Positions 18,716 through 28,900 of a stretch of DNA of 64,000 nucleotides are shown here, piece by piece. The position numbers and the translations under genes are program-made. Source of the stretch: a virus (taxonomy: Duplodnaviria; Caudoviricetes). The stretch covers positions 3,426 to 67,425 of IMG/VR virus record IMGVR_UViG_3300033066_001269; one strand, 5' to 3'. The notes beneath the pieces were generated by a model, which worked only from the letters and a program-made list of their open reading frames with translations, had not been told where the DNA came from and ran no database searches. Position 1 is the stretch's first letter. Each line of letters opens with the position of its first letter.

Positions 18716-19380
18716 GGACGACTCCTCTCTGGGAGCATGGGGTCTTGGCTCTTTGCCTGAGCCTCGCTCTCTCCGCGGCCGCCCTCAGCGTCTCCGCCAT
18801 CAAATTCCTAGACGTTGCGACGAAAGAGATCGAGGGAACGCACGAAGAGGTCCGCATAGCCGTCCAGAAAAGCTATAAAGACCTGCACAGCGAGGCGGAG
18901 GGACTGCGGAAGATCCTGGAGAATCTTCAGTCCGGGGTAAACGCGGAACTCAAGGGAACCCGAGAAGGCGTCTTCAAGATCGCTGACGGCCGGCTCAAGG
19001 AAGTGACGCAACCGTTGGGCGAGCAGATTGCCGCCGTAGGCAAGGGCGCGGCGGGCACGCTTCAGGAGTCCCAAGAGGCGATCAAGACCTACCGTCAATT
19101 GCCGATCAATCTGGCGGAATCCCCTTTCATGAGAGCGGCGCAGGGCGAGGTTCTCGGGAACTTGAGAAATGCTCGTCTTGGTACCGCCCGACTCGACAGG
19201 GCTATGAACCCCATCATCGCCGACGTAAAGCGTGGCGGTGATGCGGCCGCCGACGTGGCGGTGAGCATCCGGGAAATGACGACCAGCGTCACCGCTAGCC
19301 TGACCGAGCAGGCGAAGCGGCCGCCCTGGTACGTCCGTTGGTTTCTATGGAGGCGCACGAATGCGAAAACGGCTCAGTGA
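18712..19380 (+). CDS. N-terminal TM plus long coiled-coil protein, spanin-like
   Basis: GTGA overlap; TM VLALCLSLALSAAALSVSAI followed by an extended helical region. Confidence 0.45.
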   Translation: MRTTPLWEHGVLALCLSLALSAAALSVSAIKFLDVATKEIEGTHEEVRIAVQKSYKDLHSEAEGLRKILENLQSGVNAELKGTREGVFKIADGRLKEVTQPLGEQIAAVGKGAAGTLQESQEAIKTYRQLPINLAESPFMRAAQGEVLGNLRNARLGTARLDRAMNPIIADVKRGGDAAADVAVSIREMTTSVTASLTEQAKRPPWYVRWFLWRRTNAKTAQ

Positions 19381-19525
19381 AGCGAGCTGGAAAACAACTA
19401 TCGCCGGAGTCGTTGCACTCGCGGCGGTCATCGGCGCCATTCTCGAGCCCGCCCAGGCGGACAAGTTCTTAGCCCTGGCAGGGGCCTCCAGCGCGGCGAT
19501 TGGAATCTTCGCCAAGGACCACTGA
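19361..19525 (+). CDS. Putative holin-like two-TM protein (54 aa)
   Basis: SD GGAGG; MRKRLSEASWKTTIAGVVALAAVIGAIL...LALAGASSAAIGIFAKDH; not in the ORF track. Confidence 0.6.
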   Translation: MRKRLSEASWKTTIAGVVALAAVIGAILEPAQADKFLALAGASSAAIGIFAKDH

Positions 19526-19569
19526 GGATGCGCCGTCGTGCGCAAAGCGATGTCAGCGGGAGGAACCCC

Positions 19570-19890
19570 ATGCCCGCAGAGATAAACGAGGTGCTATCGG
19601 TGAACACCCCGCAACCTGGAGAGTCTGGGTACGCGCTCCTGGCGCGAATCGACGAGCGGACCAAGAACATTGAAAAGTCCTTCGATGACCTGAAAAAGGA
19701 AATCAAGGACCGGATTGACGGACAAGACAAGCGAATCGACGAACTAGCCAAGCGATTCGGAGCAAGACTAGACCGAATCGAGAGACAGGAGGCATACCAG
19801 TCTGGAAAACAGGTGGGCATTGCCTTCGCGGTAACCACAGCGGCTTCCGCAATGAAGTGGGCCTATGACGTATGGATGGCTCACAAGTAA
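19570..19890 (+). CDS. Coiled-coil protein with a C-terminal TM (lysis-cassette associated)
   Basis: RIDERTKNIE coiled coil, then GIAFAVTTAASAMKW. Confidence 0.55.
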   Translation: MPAEINEVLSVNTPQPGESGYALLARIDERTKNIEKSFDDLKKEIKDRIDGQDKRIDELAKRFGARLDRIERQEAYQSGKQVGIAFAVTTAASAMKWAYDVWMAHK

Positions 19891-19904
19891 CGAGGTAACC
19901 AACT

Positions 19905-21539
19905 ATGTCCTTTTGGGGGATGTCCCAAACGGGTAAAGACGCGCAGGGAAAACTAGCGGAGATTCCGAACTGGCAATGGCAGCAGGCGAAGGACTGGTGG
20001 GATACCAGCAAGGCCAAGCTCCCGGTCGCTGACTACCTCCAGAACCAGTACATCGACCGGCTGACGAACGCCTATAACGAAGGGTTCGGCTCGCCCGAGG
20101 ACATCCGTGGCATCGGACGGTCCATCATGCCGGGAGTGGACGAAATGATGGCAAACCGGCGCGCCCGGGATGCCAACGTTCGCGCGTCTGCCAGCAATAT
20201 CCCCGGCGCCTCGGCGGTGGTCGACCAGTTGAACGGCATCACCGACGCCTCCGGCCGCAACGTGACCGATACGGCGGACATGAACCGCGGGCAGATCAAT
20301 GACACCTCCGGGCGCATGGCCGCACGGGGGGACTCCACCAGCCGGCAAGTCGTCGGCAACATTGGGGACACTTACGACGCCGCGGCCAATAACTCCCTGG
20401 ATACTTTCGGCAATATGCGGAAGGGAGCGTCCGGGGTCTATGGGCAAATTGGCAGTGACATCCAGGGCACGTACGGCGATCTCGCCGGCAAGACCGGATC
20501 CACCTTCGACCAGACGGACAAGCTCATTGACCGGCTGAACCCGAACGGCTCGCTTCGCGGGGCCACGACCGCCCGCGCATTTGCTCCGGAATTAGCCGCT
20601 ACCGCCGCTCGCTTGCGGCGCGCTGGTGTGGACACCGGGTCGCTCGAAGGGAATACGGCCATGCAACGGGTAGAGAACGCCCGCGCCCGCGCCATGGATG
20701 ACAATTACGCCGACGCCAACACGCAGTTCGTCGGAGCCAAGTCCGCGAATCTGCGAGACCGGCTCGCCGCCGATACCAACCTGGCGCAAAGCAGGCTGAC
20801 AGCATCGAACGCAGCCAAACAAGCTGGCCTGAACACCGACCTCAGTCTGGGCCAGAACAGCGAGGCGGCCCAGCGCGGGATGACACTGAACAAGGGCAAG
20901 GACTTCCGGGACGAACTGATCCGCGGCAGCGCCGAACAGCAGGCGATTGATAGAGCCCGCCTGGGAGACACGATAGACGTTAACAACCGGGAAGCCGCCG
21001 GGACCGCGGACTACCTGAACCAGCGCCGGTCTGATGTTGGCGCCGGACGCCAACTCGCGATCGACGATATGAGCATCCAGCGGGGGCTCAATCAGGACGA
21101 CAACGCCACCGACCTCACCGGGACGCAACTGAGCCAAGCGCAGTACGACCAGGGCGTCCAGCAGCGAGCCCGCGAAATGCAGGCGAAGAATGCGGCCGCC
21201 GCGGCCGCCGGCCAAGTGGGCAACAACGTCTGGGGACAGGCCACGCAAGCGAGTCAGATGGGCGGCAACTACGCCGGAGCCGCGCAGCGTGGGTACGACG
21301 ACGTCTATCAGCGGGAAGCCGCGAATGCAGGGTGGGGGACGAAGCTCCTTGGCGGGCTGGCTCTCGGCGCCGCGGGCATGATTCCCGGAGTCGGACCTAT
21401 CATCCAGGGCGCGGGGCGCGGTCTGGGGATTGGGAGCGGCGGAACAGGAGGCGGAGGCGGAGGCGGATGGGGAAATATCTTCAAGACCTCACAGACGTGG
21501 AAAAACCCGTACGGCGATGGCTTTGGAGGTGGAGGGTAA
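19905..21539 (+). CDS. Putative DNA ejection / internal virion protein
   Basis: 544 aa rich in A/G/N/Q/D and helical; hydrophobic Gly-rich C-terminus like podovirus ejection proteins. Confidence 0.6.
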   Translation: MSFWGMSQTGKDAQGKLAEIPNWQWQQAKDWWDTSKAKLPVADYLQNQYIDRLTNAYNEGFGSPEDIRGIGRSIMPGVDEMMANRRARDANVRASASNIPGASAVVDQLNGITDASGRNVTDTADMNRGQINDTSGRMAARGDSTSRQVVGNIGDTYDAAANNSLDTFGNMRKGASGVYGQIGSDIQGTYGDLAGKTGSTFDQTDKLIDRLNPNGSLRGATTARAFAPELAATAARLRRAGVDTGSLEGNTAMQRVENARARAMDDNYADANTQFVGAKSANLRDRLAADTNLAQSRLTASNAAKQAGLNTDLSLGQNSEAAQRGMTLNKGKDFRDELIRGSAEQQAIDRARLGDTIDVNNREAAGTADYLNQRRSDVGAGRQLAIDDMSIQRGLNQDDNATDLTGTQLSQAQYDQGVQQRAREMQAKNAAAAAAGQVGNNVWGQATQASQMGGNYAGAAQRGYDDVYQREAANAGWGTKLLGGLALGAAGMIPGVGPIIQGAGRGLGIGSGGTGGGGGGGWGNIFKTSQTWKNPYGDGFGGGG

Positions 21540-21542
21540 AAC

Positions 21543-22901
21543 ATGGCGTTCGGACAACTGCTCATTGATCCGCGGTTCGTTCTGCAGAACCAGCAAGCCC
21601 AGATCGGGGGATTCGCCCCTCCGCCCTTGCTTCCTAGCCTCATCGGTAGCTTCGACCCCGGCGAAGTAGGGTACGGAGCGCAGCAGGCTCAATCCGCGCC
21701 CGAGGACTGGGAACCGCAGGCGGCAGCGCCCGAAGCCATGCCGCACTCTGGCGACATCCAGATCGACACCGTTGCTCCCCCGCCCACTCGCTCTCGCTCG
21801 AAGACGGGCTCCAAGCGCGATTGGCGCACTGGCGTAGGGGACATGATTGATGCGGCGGTCTCGGCGGTCGCGACGCCGAACATTGCCGGCGGCGGCGCCA
21901 CTGATATCGCCCGCGGCATGATGTCAGCGCGCGGCACGATGCAGCAGAACCGAGCGCTCCGCCAACAGCAGATCGACCGGCAGATTGAGCAGCAACGGCG
22001 GCAGGAACTCGCGGACGCCGAGATGCTTCTTCGCCAGAAGCAAATGCAGGCGGCGATGCCGCGCCCCGAGGAGATGGTGGAGATTGACGCCGACCTCGCG
22101 CGCCGTGCGGGGGTAGCCGTCCCACTGGGGCAAACGACCGTCAAATTGCCGAAGGCGATCGCCCAGCCGATTGTCAGTTACAACCGGCCCAAGGGAAACA
22201 AGGGAGCCGGGGCAGACAAGCCGACGGAGCCCGAAATCGTTGCTTCGCGCGTGCAGATTGCGACGACCTTGGGGCTCAAGCCGGGAACGGAAGAGTTCAA
22301 TACCTACACGCTCACAGGCAAACTGCCGACGCGACCAGCGCAAGCGCCCAAGCCCACCGAAGAGCAGGTCCGCACCGAAAGGGCTAGAGCCGCGCTCCAG
22401 TTAGGGCTGAAGGAAGGAACCCGCGACTTTCAGGAGTATGTGCTTACCGGCAAACTCCCGAAGCCGGAGAAGCCGCCCGCCGGCCAAGGTACCCAACAGG
22501 CCCGCCTCGCCCTCGAGACGCGGAAGTACGAGGAAGGGAAACAGGACAAGCAGAACGAGCGGCGGGAGAAGGAACTCCTCCAACTGGACGCCGAAGAGAA
22601 CGGATCCGGTAAGGCGGAAGGTCTCCACTCCATTCGAATGCGAATCGGCGAGGAACTCAAAACAAAGCCGCCCACCCCTGAACTGATCGCGCAGTACAAC
22701 TCCGCGAATGCCCGTCTCCGCGCCGTCTATAAGCGAAAGCTCGACCTTGGCGCCATCTCTCCGCAGCAATACCAGCAGTACACCAGCCAACTGAAGGACA
22801 TCGGCGGGGCAGCCCCCGCACAACCTGCGCCCGCCCCCGCGCAGCCCGCTGTCTACGGAACCTACGTCCCTGGGAAAGGAGTAGTCACTTCCGCCAAATA
22901 G
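21543..22901 (+). CDS. Putative DNA ejection / internal virion protein
   Basis: Coiled coils and two LGLK.GT..F..Y.LTGKLP repeats; between ejection-type genes. Confidence 0.55.
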   Translation: MAFGQLLIDPRFVLQNQQAQIGGFAPPPLLPSLIGSFDPGEVGYGAQQAQSAPEDWEPQAAAPEAMPHSGDIQIDTVAPPPTRSRSKTGSKRDWRTGVGDMIDAAVSAVATPNIAGGGATDIARGMMSARGTMQQNRALRQQQIDRQIEQQRRQELADAEMLLRQKQMQAAMPRPEEMVEIDADLARRAGVAVPLGQTTVKLPKAIAQPIVSYNRPKGNKGAGADKPTEPEIVASRVQIATTLGLKPGTEEFNTYTLTGKLPTRPAQAPKPTEEQVRTERARAALQLGLKEGTRDFQEYVLTGKLPKPEKPPAGQGTQQARLALETRKYEEGKQDKQNERREKELLQLDAEENGSGKAEGLHSIRMRIGEELKTKPPTPELIAQYNSANARLRAVYKRKLDLGAISPQQYQQYTSQLKDIGGAAPAQPAPAPAQPAVYGTYVPGKGVVTSAK

Positions 22902-22904
22902 TGC

Positions 22905-22971
22905 AAAAAATATTCCAAAAAATATTCCTATACAAATCATGAACTTACATCAAAAAGACCCGTCTTTTTGA
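22905..22971. promoter_or_regulatory. AT-rich spacer with a 12-bp tandem repeat and an inverted repeat
   Basis: AAAAAATATTCC x2 (22905-22928); TCAAAAAGA-CCCG-TCTTTTTGA (22950-22971). Confidence 0.55.
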
Positions 22972-22989
22972 CCTGCCCCCCTACCTAAA

Positions 22990-25900
22990 GTGCCCAAAAA
23001 CATCGCTATCCCTGGTCTTCCGGGACCGGTCGCATTCCCGGACGACATGGACGACGCTGCCATCTCGGCGGCGATCGAGAACGAGATACTGCCGCAGATC
23101 AAGGCACAGAGCGGGCAGGCGATGGACCGCGCCATACGCCCCACGCCCGGTCCCTCCCTGCCCACGCCTCCGCTGAAGCAGGCTACCCCGTTCTACCAGC
23201 GTCCCGTTCCCTTACCTGGGACCTACGACCCGCAGACCGGCAAAGCGCTCCCCATTCCGGACGTCCCGATGCCGGTACCGAACGTGGAGTACCAGCCCGG
23301 TCTTCCTTCGCCTGCTATTCCGATCTCCGAGCAGTACTCGCCCGAGGAACTAGCCCGTATCCCGGATCTCCTGATGCGGGCTGGGAACCAGGGCGTCATG
23401 AGCACAATCGGCGGAATGGGCACGTCCGCCGAAGCGCTCGGCCAGATGATGAAGCAGCCGAAGAACCTCGGCCTCATCCTTGGGGAGAATCGGGAGGCGG
23501 GCCCGTTGGACATGGCGGTAGGTGATGCCATGCAGTCCGTCGGCAGCGGCATCAAGGAGTTCGCCGACCGCGGGACAGCCGACATGCCGCCGGGGTTCAG
23601 CTATGCCGGCGCGTCCTGGCTCAAGGACCCGAACCTACTTCTTGATCCGAAGTACATGACCTACCAAGCCGGTCAGGCTGGCGGGTCCATGCTGTCCTTC
23701 CTGATGCCGACATTGAGCGTCCTCGGCAAGACCAAGTGGGCTACCGGAGCGAGTAGCGTGCTTGAGTCAATGACGAACGCGGCCGAGACCTACGACAACG
23801 CGATTAAGAAAGGCGCCACCCCTGACCAAGCGGCGCAACTGTTTGCCACTAACCTCATCGCGGACGTCCCATTCACGTACATCACGAACAAGCTCGGGGT
23901 ATTCAACGAGGAAATAAAGAACCCGCTCCTCCGAGCCGCCACTGGCACGGCCCTGGAAACTCTCCAGGAGCCGGGGCAGGGCGGCATCCAGCGCGCCACC
24001 ATGCGCGCGATCGACCCGAATCAGTCCATCACTGAGGGAATGGACGTGGAGGCACTGGGCGGTCTTCTGGGCGGCCCCGTTGGGTCCGTCCTCGCCACTG
24101 GTACCGAGCAGGGACATGAGCCGCCGCCCGCACCGCCACCCGCACGGCAGGAGTGGAAACGCGGACCGCAGCAAGCCGACGCAGGGCTCGCCCAGCCCGG
24201 GCAACCGACGATACAGGAGATTGCGCGCCGGCGGGCGGAAGCACGCCAGCAGTTCGAGCAGCAGAACCCGGCACCCCCAACGCCCAAGGAATCAATCGCT
24301 TCCGAGCCCATTCAGCCTCTGGCCCCGGCGCCCGTTTTGCAAGAGCCGGTTATAAAATCACAGGAAATTGCAGAACCACAGCCCGTTCCGGAGCCTGTTC
24401 CTCCGCCGCAACCTCAACCATTACCTGAACCCCCACCTCAAGAAGAACTTCAACCCCCGCCACCGCCAGAACCTCAACCAACACTTCAACCCGAGCCGGA
24501 GACGATTCCGCCTCCTGTAGAGACGAAAGCGCCCCAGCCTGAAACGGAACCGCCTCCCGCAGAAACGAAAAAGCCCCAAGCTGAAACGGCAGCCACGCCC
24601 GAGCGCCGCCTGATCAACCGGGTGAAACAGGCGCTCCAGAGCAACGAGGATATCTCCCGCAGCTTCCAGAAGCTCGCTGATGAAGCCTACGGCGGCAGCC
24701 GCGCCGAGGGCAAGTATCAGATGAAGCAGGCGTACGACGCCGCCGAAGCAGCCGTCAACGAGCACTTGGCCGAGACGCCCGGTCTCTTGGACTCGGAAGA
24801 ATCCCTCGGTAAGCTCCGGTCTCTCCTCACTAAGCTACCTACGCAGTCCGTTCGCTCTAGCCAACAGGAGCAACTCCAGCAGTTCTCGACGCCGCCTACG
24901 CTCTCCTGGCTGACCGACAAAGTAGCGGCTCCGCAGAAGGATGACGTGGTGATGGAGCCTTCCGCGGGGACAGGCAGCCTGACAGCGATGCTTCGCCCAA
25001 TGGTCAAGGAAGTCTGGGTCAATGAGATCGACCCGGGCCGCCGCGCGCTCCTCAAAGAGCAGGGCTACGAACACATCACCGACGCTGACGCCGAGCACCT
25101 GGACGGCACCCTGGACGCCAAGGGTGTCCATGTCCGCCCCTCGCTAATCGTGATGAATCCGCCGTTCTCCGCAACGGGAGGGCGCGTCAAGAACAACAAG
25201 AACAAGTTCGGCTATGCTCATGTCCGGCAAGCGCTTCAGCGACTCGCCCCGGGCGGCCGACTCGTCGCTATCCTCGGCGAAGGCTCCACCCTGACAGCGC
25301 CGACGGCCCGCTCCTTCTGGATGGAGGTCAAGAAAACCGCTAACCTCCGCGCCAACGTGGGTATCTCCGGGAAGGAGTACGCTAAGTATGGGACCACTTT
25401 CGGCAACCGGCTTATCGTCATTGATAAGAACGGACCCACGACCGAGGAGCCCGTACAGGAAAACTTCGACACGATCGAGGAGGCCTGGAATGCACTCAGG
25501 AACATCGCAGCAGACCGCGGCGCCCGACCAGGAAACCTGGATCAAGCGCCTCAACCCGCAGACCGCGGACCAGATCTGGGAAGACCTGAAGGACCGGTTT
25601 CTCCAAATCCAGGAGAGCAAGGGCAGCAAGTTCGTCCAGGAGGTTCTGGACGGGATGATCTTCCCGCAGGCGGACGATCCGAGGGCGGAATCGGTGTTCG
25701 GACAGGTCCTGGACGTGGGCCCGAAAACCGCACTCCTTCGCCTGCACCAGTACAACCCGAACTTCAACCTGAAGGACCTCGACAAGAACAGCGACCTTCG
25801 GACGATCGAAGCGGTGTTCGGAGTGATGGCCCCGAGCCACGAAGAGTAGACCTCCCACAGAAGCCCGTCTCCGAAGGCGAGATCGACGCCCGCACGGCTG

Positions 25901-28900
25901 AGATCGCCCGCCAGCGCGCCGCAGACGCCCGTAAGCGCCTGCTCGAGCGCCGCAACAAGAAAGACGAATCCTCTGGACCAGTCGCCGGAATGGGCAATGT
26001 TGCCGAAGACGACTGGATCAAAGAGGGCTGGGATGATCTAGCGGATGTAGGCGCTGGATACTTCGCCGACGGGATGGCGCCGAAAGAGTGGCGGGCCCGT
26101 ATGGTGGAAGAGTTCGGCGACGAGATCAAGCCCCACCTGATGGACCTTATGGATACCGCCATTGAGCGGTTCCAAGCTATTAGGGCGGAAGCGCGGAAGC
26201 AATTCCAGCAGCAACCGCCCGCTCCCCCAACGACTCCTCCTGGACCGGAACCCACTCCCCAGCCGGCGCCCAAACCAAGGGCTGACACCCAGGAAGCGCC
26301 GCCTACAGAGTCCGAGCAGGAAGAGGAAGGGGGAAGTTTCGTCCGGTACCAACCCACGATCGAAGGCGCTCCGCACCCGAGCCCACTCGTGGAAACGCGA
26401 GTCATGGCTTCGGTAGAGCCGCCTTCGATCACGTACCGGCCGAAGCTGCCGGAAACAACCGTCGACGAGGGACGCGTCTCCGCAGCCCAGCTTGAGGCGA
26501 TAGCGCGTGCGGGCATGATGCACCAGCAGTTCGACGGAGAGGGACGTCGACAAGCGGCGCTGGTCGGGGACGGCACCGGTGTCGGCAAGGGCCGGGAGAT
26601 GGCCGGAATTATCTTCGACAACTTTCTTCAGGGCCGGAAAAGGGCGGTTTGGGTATCCGCTGCGGCGGATCTGATGGGTGACGCCAAACGCGACTTCGCC
26701 GGTATCGGGGCTGTTGCCCTACTCGATAAACTTCGCCGTCTCAATGACTGGGCGGCTGCGGACGCGATCGACATGGCCGAAGGCGTCATCTTTACGACTT
26801 ATGACACCTTGCGGTCGGGGCAGTCCAAGCAGGGCGGAAAAACAAGATTACAGCAACTCATCGACTGGGGCGGTCAGGATTTAGTCATCGTCTTTGACGA
26901 GGTCCATAAAGCCAAAAACGCGATCGCGTCGATTACTGGAGAGGATGGCACACTTTCCGGCCGATCCGTCGCGGAGATACAGGAGAAGCTCCCCAAGGCG
27001 TACGTGACCTACGCCTCAGCCACCTTCGCGTCCGAACCGCGTCACCTCTCCGCACTCGAACGGCTCGGATTGTGGGGGAAGGGAACCGCATTTCAGGACT
27101 TCGGCGCATTCATGACGGAGATCGGCCGCGGGAAGGTGGCCGCGCTCGAACTAATCGCCCGTGAACTCAAGGCGATGGGCGCTTACCTTTCCCGCTCTAT
27201 CTCCTACAAGGGCGTCACTTACGACGAGGTTACTCACCAACTTACTCCCGAGCAGCGCAAGACGTACCAGACCGCGGCGGAAGCATGGCAGACCGTGATG
27301 TCCGCCATGTGGGACCAACTTGAGAAGAACGGGGCGGGACGTACCGGACGTGCCCGTGCCGCAGTGGAGCAGCGCTTCTGGAGCGACCATCAACGATTCT
27401 TCCGCAACATGCTGACGGCCATGAAACTGCCAACCGTCATCCAATTAACGGAGAAGGCGCTGGAGGATGGAAAATCCGTTGTGATCTCGCTGATTGGTAC
27501 CGGAGACGCGCAGGCAAAACGCCAGATGGACAAACCGGGCAGCGGGGAGGGTGAAGGTAAGGGTGAAGGGATCGACTTCTCGCCGCGGGAAATCCTTCTC
27601 AACCTGATTGATAGTCATTATCCGGTGGAGATGTGGGAGGAGTACACCGACGACAGTGGAAAGACCCACCGCCGGAAGGTCATCCGGGACGGCAAGCCGG
27701 TCATTAACCCGGAGGCGGAACGCGCCAAGAAAGCGCTGAAGGAAAAGCTGAAGTCGGAACTCGCCCTACCTGACGCGCCCTTGCAAGCGATCGTCAACCA
27801 CTTCGGCCGACAGAGCGTTGCGGAATTGACTGGTAGGGTGGACGAGCCCCAGGTGAACGATCAGGGCAAGCTTGTCAAGGCCAGCCGCGCTCCCGAAGGC
27901 GTACCGAAGGACGCCATCAACGAGTACGAGATGGACCAGTTCCAGAGCGGCAAGAAGCGGGTGGCGGTCATCAGTAAGGCCGCCGGTACTGGTATCTCAC
28001 TGCACGCGGAGTTGAGAGCAAAGAACCAACAGCCGCGGTTCCACATCGTCATGGAACTCTCCTGGTCCGCGGATGACCAGATGCAGAGCTTCGGACGCAC
28101 CCACCGGTCGAACCAGAAGCAGCCGCCGGAATACGTCATCGTTTCGAGCGATATCGGCGGCGAGAAGAGATTCTCTTCGACGATCGCAAAACGCCTAGAT
28201 GCGCTGGGAGCGCTGACGAAGGGCCAGCGCGGTACCGCCGGCGCCGCGGTCCTCGCCAAGTACAACTTTGAGACGGAGCAAGGGGCGGAGGCTGCCAAAC
28301 AGTTTTATACGGCGCTTTATAACGGCGAAGTCGAGTTTGAGCACAACGATCCCCACGACGTGCTTCTCAAGATGGGTGTCACCGAACAGAACGACGACGA
28401 AACGCTGAAGCCCATCCCGAAGGACACGCAGGAAAACGTTACCCGCCTCCTGAACCGCATCCTCAACCTCGCCCCCGACGAACAGAACGAGGTCTACGAC
28501 TACTTCACCCGCGTCTTTGAGACCGCCGTCGATCGCGCGATGCAGGCCGGCACGCTGGACACCGGCGTCCAGGAGGTAAAGGGCGATCGCGTTGTCCTGG
28601 CTGACCAGCGAGCCATCGCCAGCAACCCCAAGACCGGGGCAAAAACCTACCGCTACCGCCTCGAGGTGGACCGGAAGAACAAGCCGATGTCCGTCGACGA
28701 CGCGAAGGCGGCCATCCAGCGCGGCAATGCCCAGACGTTAGTCGACCGAAACAACGGACAAATTATCCTCGCTCGCAAGACGGACGTCACCACGACCGAC
28801 CAGCGGACCGGCGTCGTCGATCGCATCTTCATCATTGCCCGCCCCGAGCACTACGACCCACAGGACAAGGTGGAGTTCATGACGGGGGCGGAATTGGGCG

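Noticed and set aside
21420-21480. GGAGGC microsatellite as a phase-variation tract
   Set aside because: In-frame poly-Gly codons; unit changes would not shift the frame
24100-24600. Pro/Glu/Gln-rich repetitive DNA as a separate repeat element
   Set aside because: It is a low-complexity linker within the giant protein, with no discrete repeat unit
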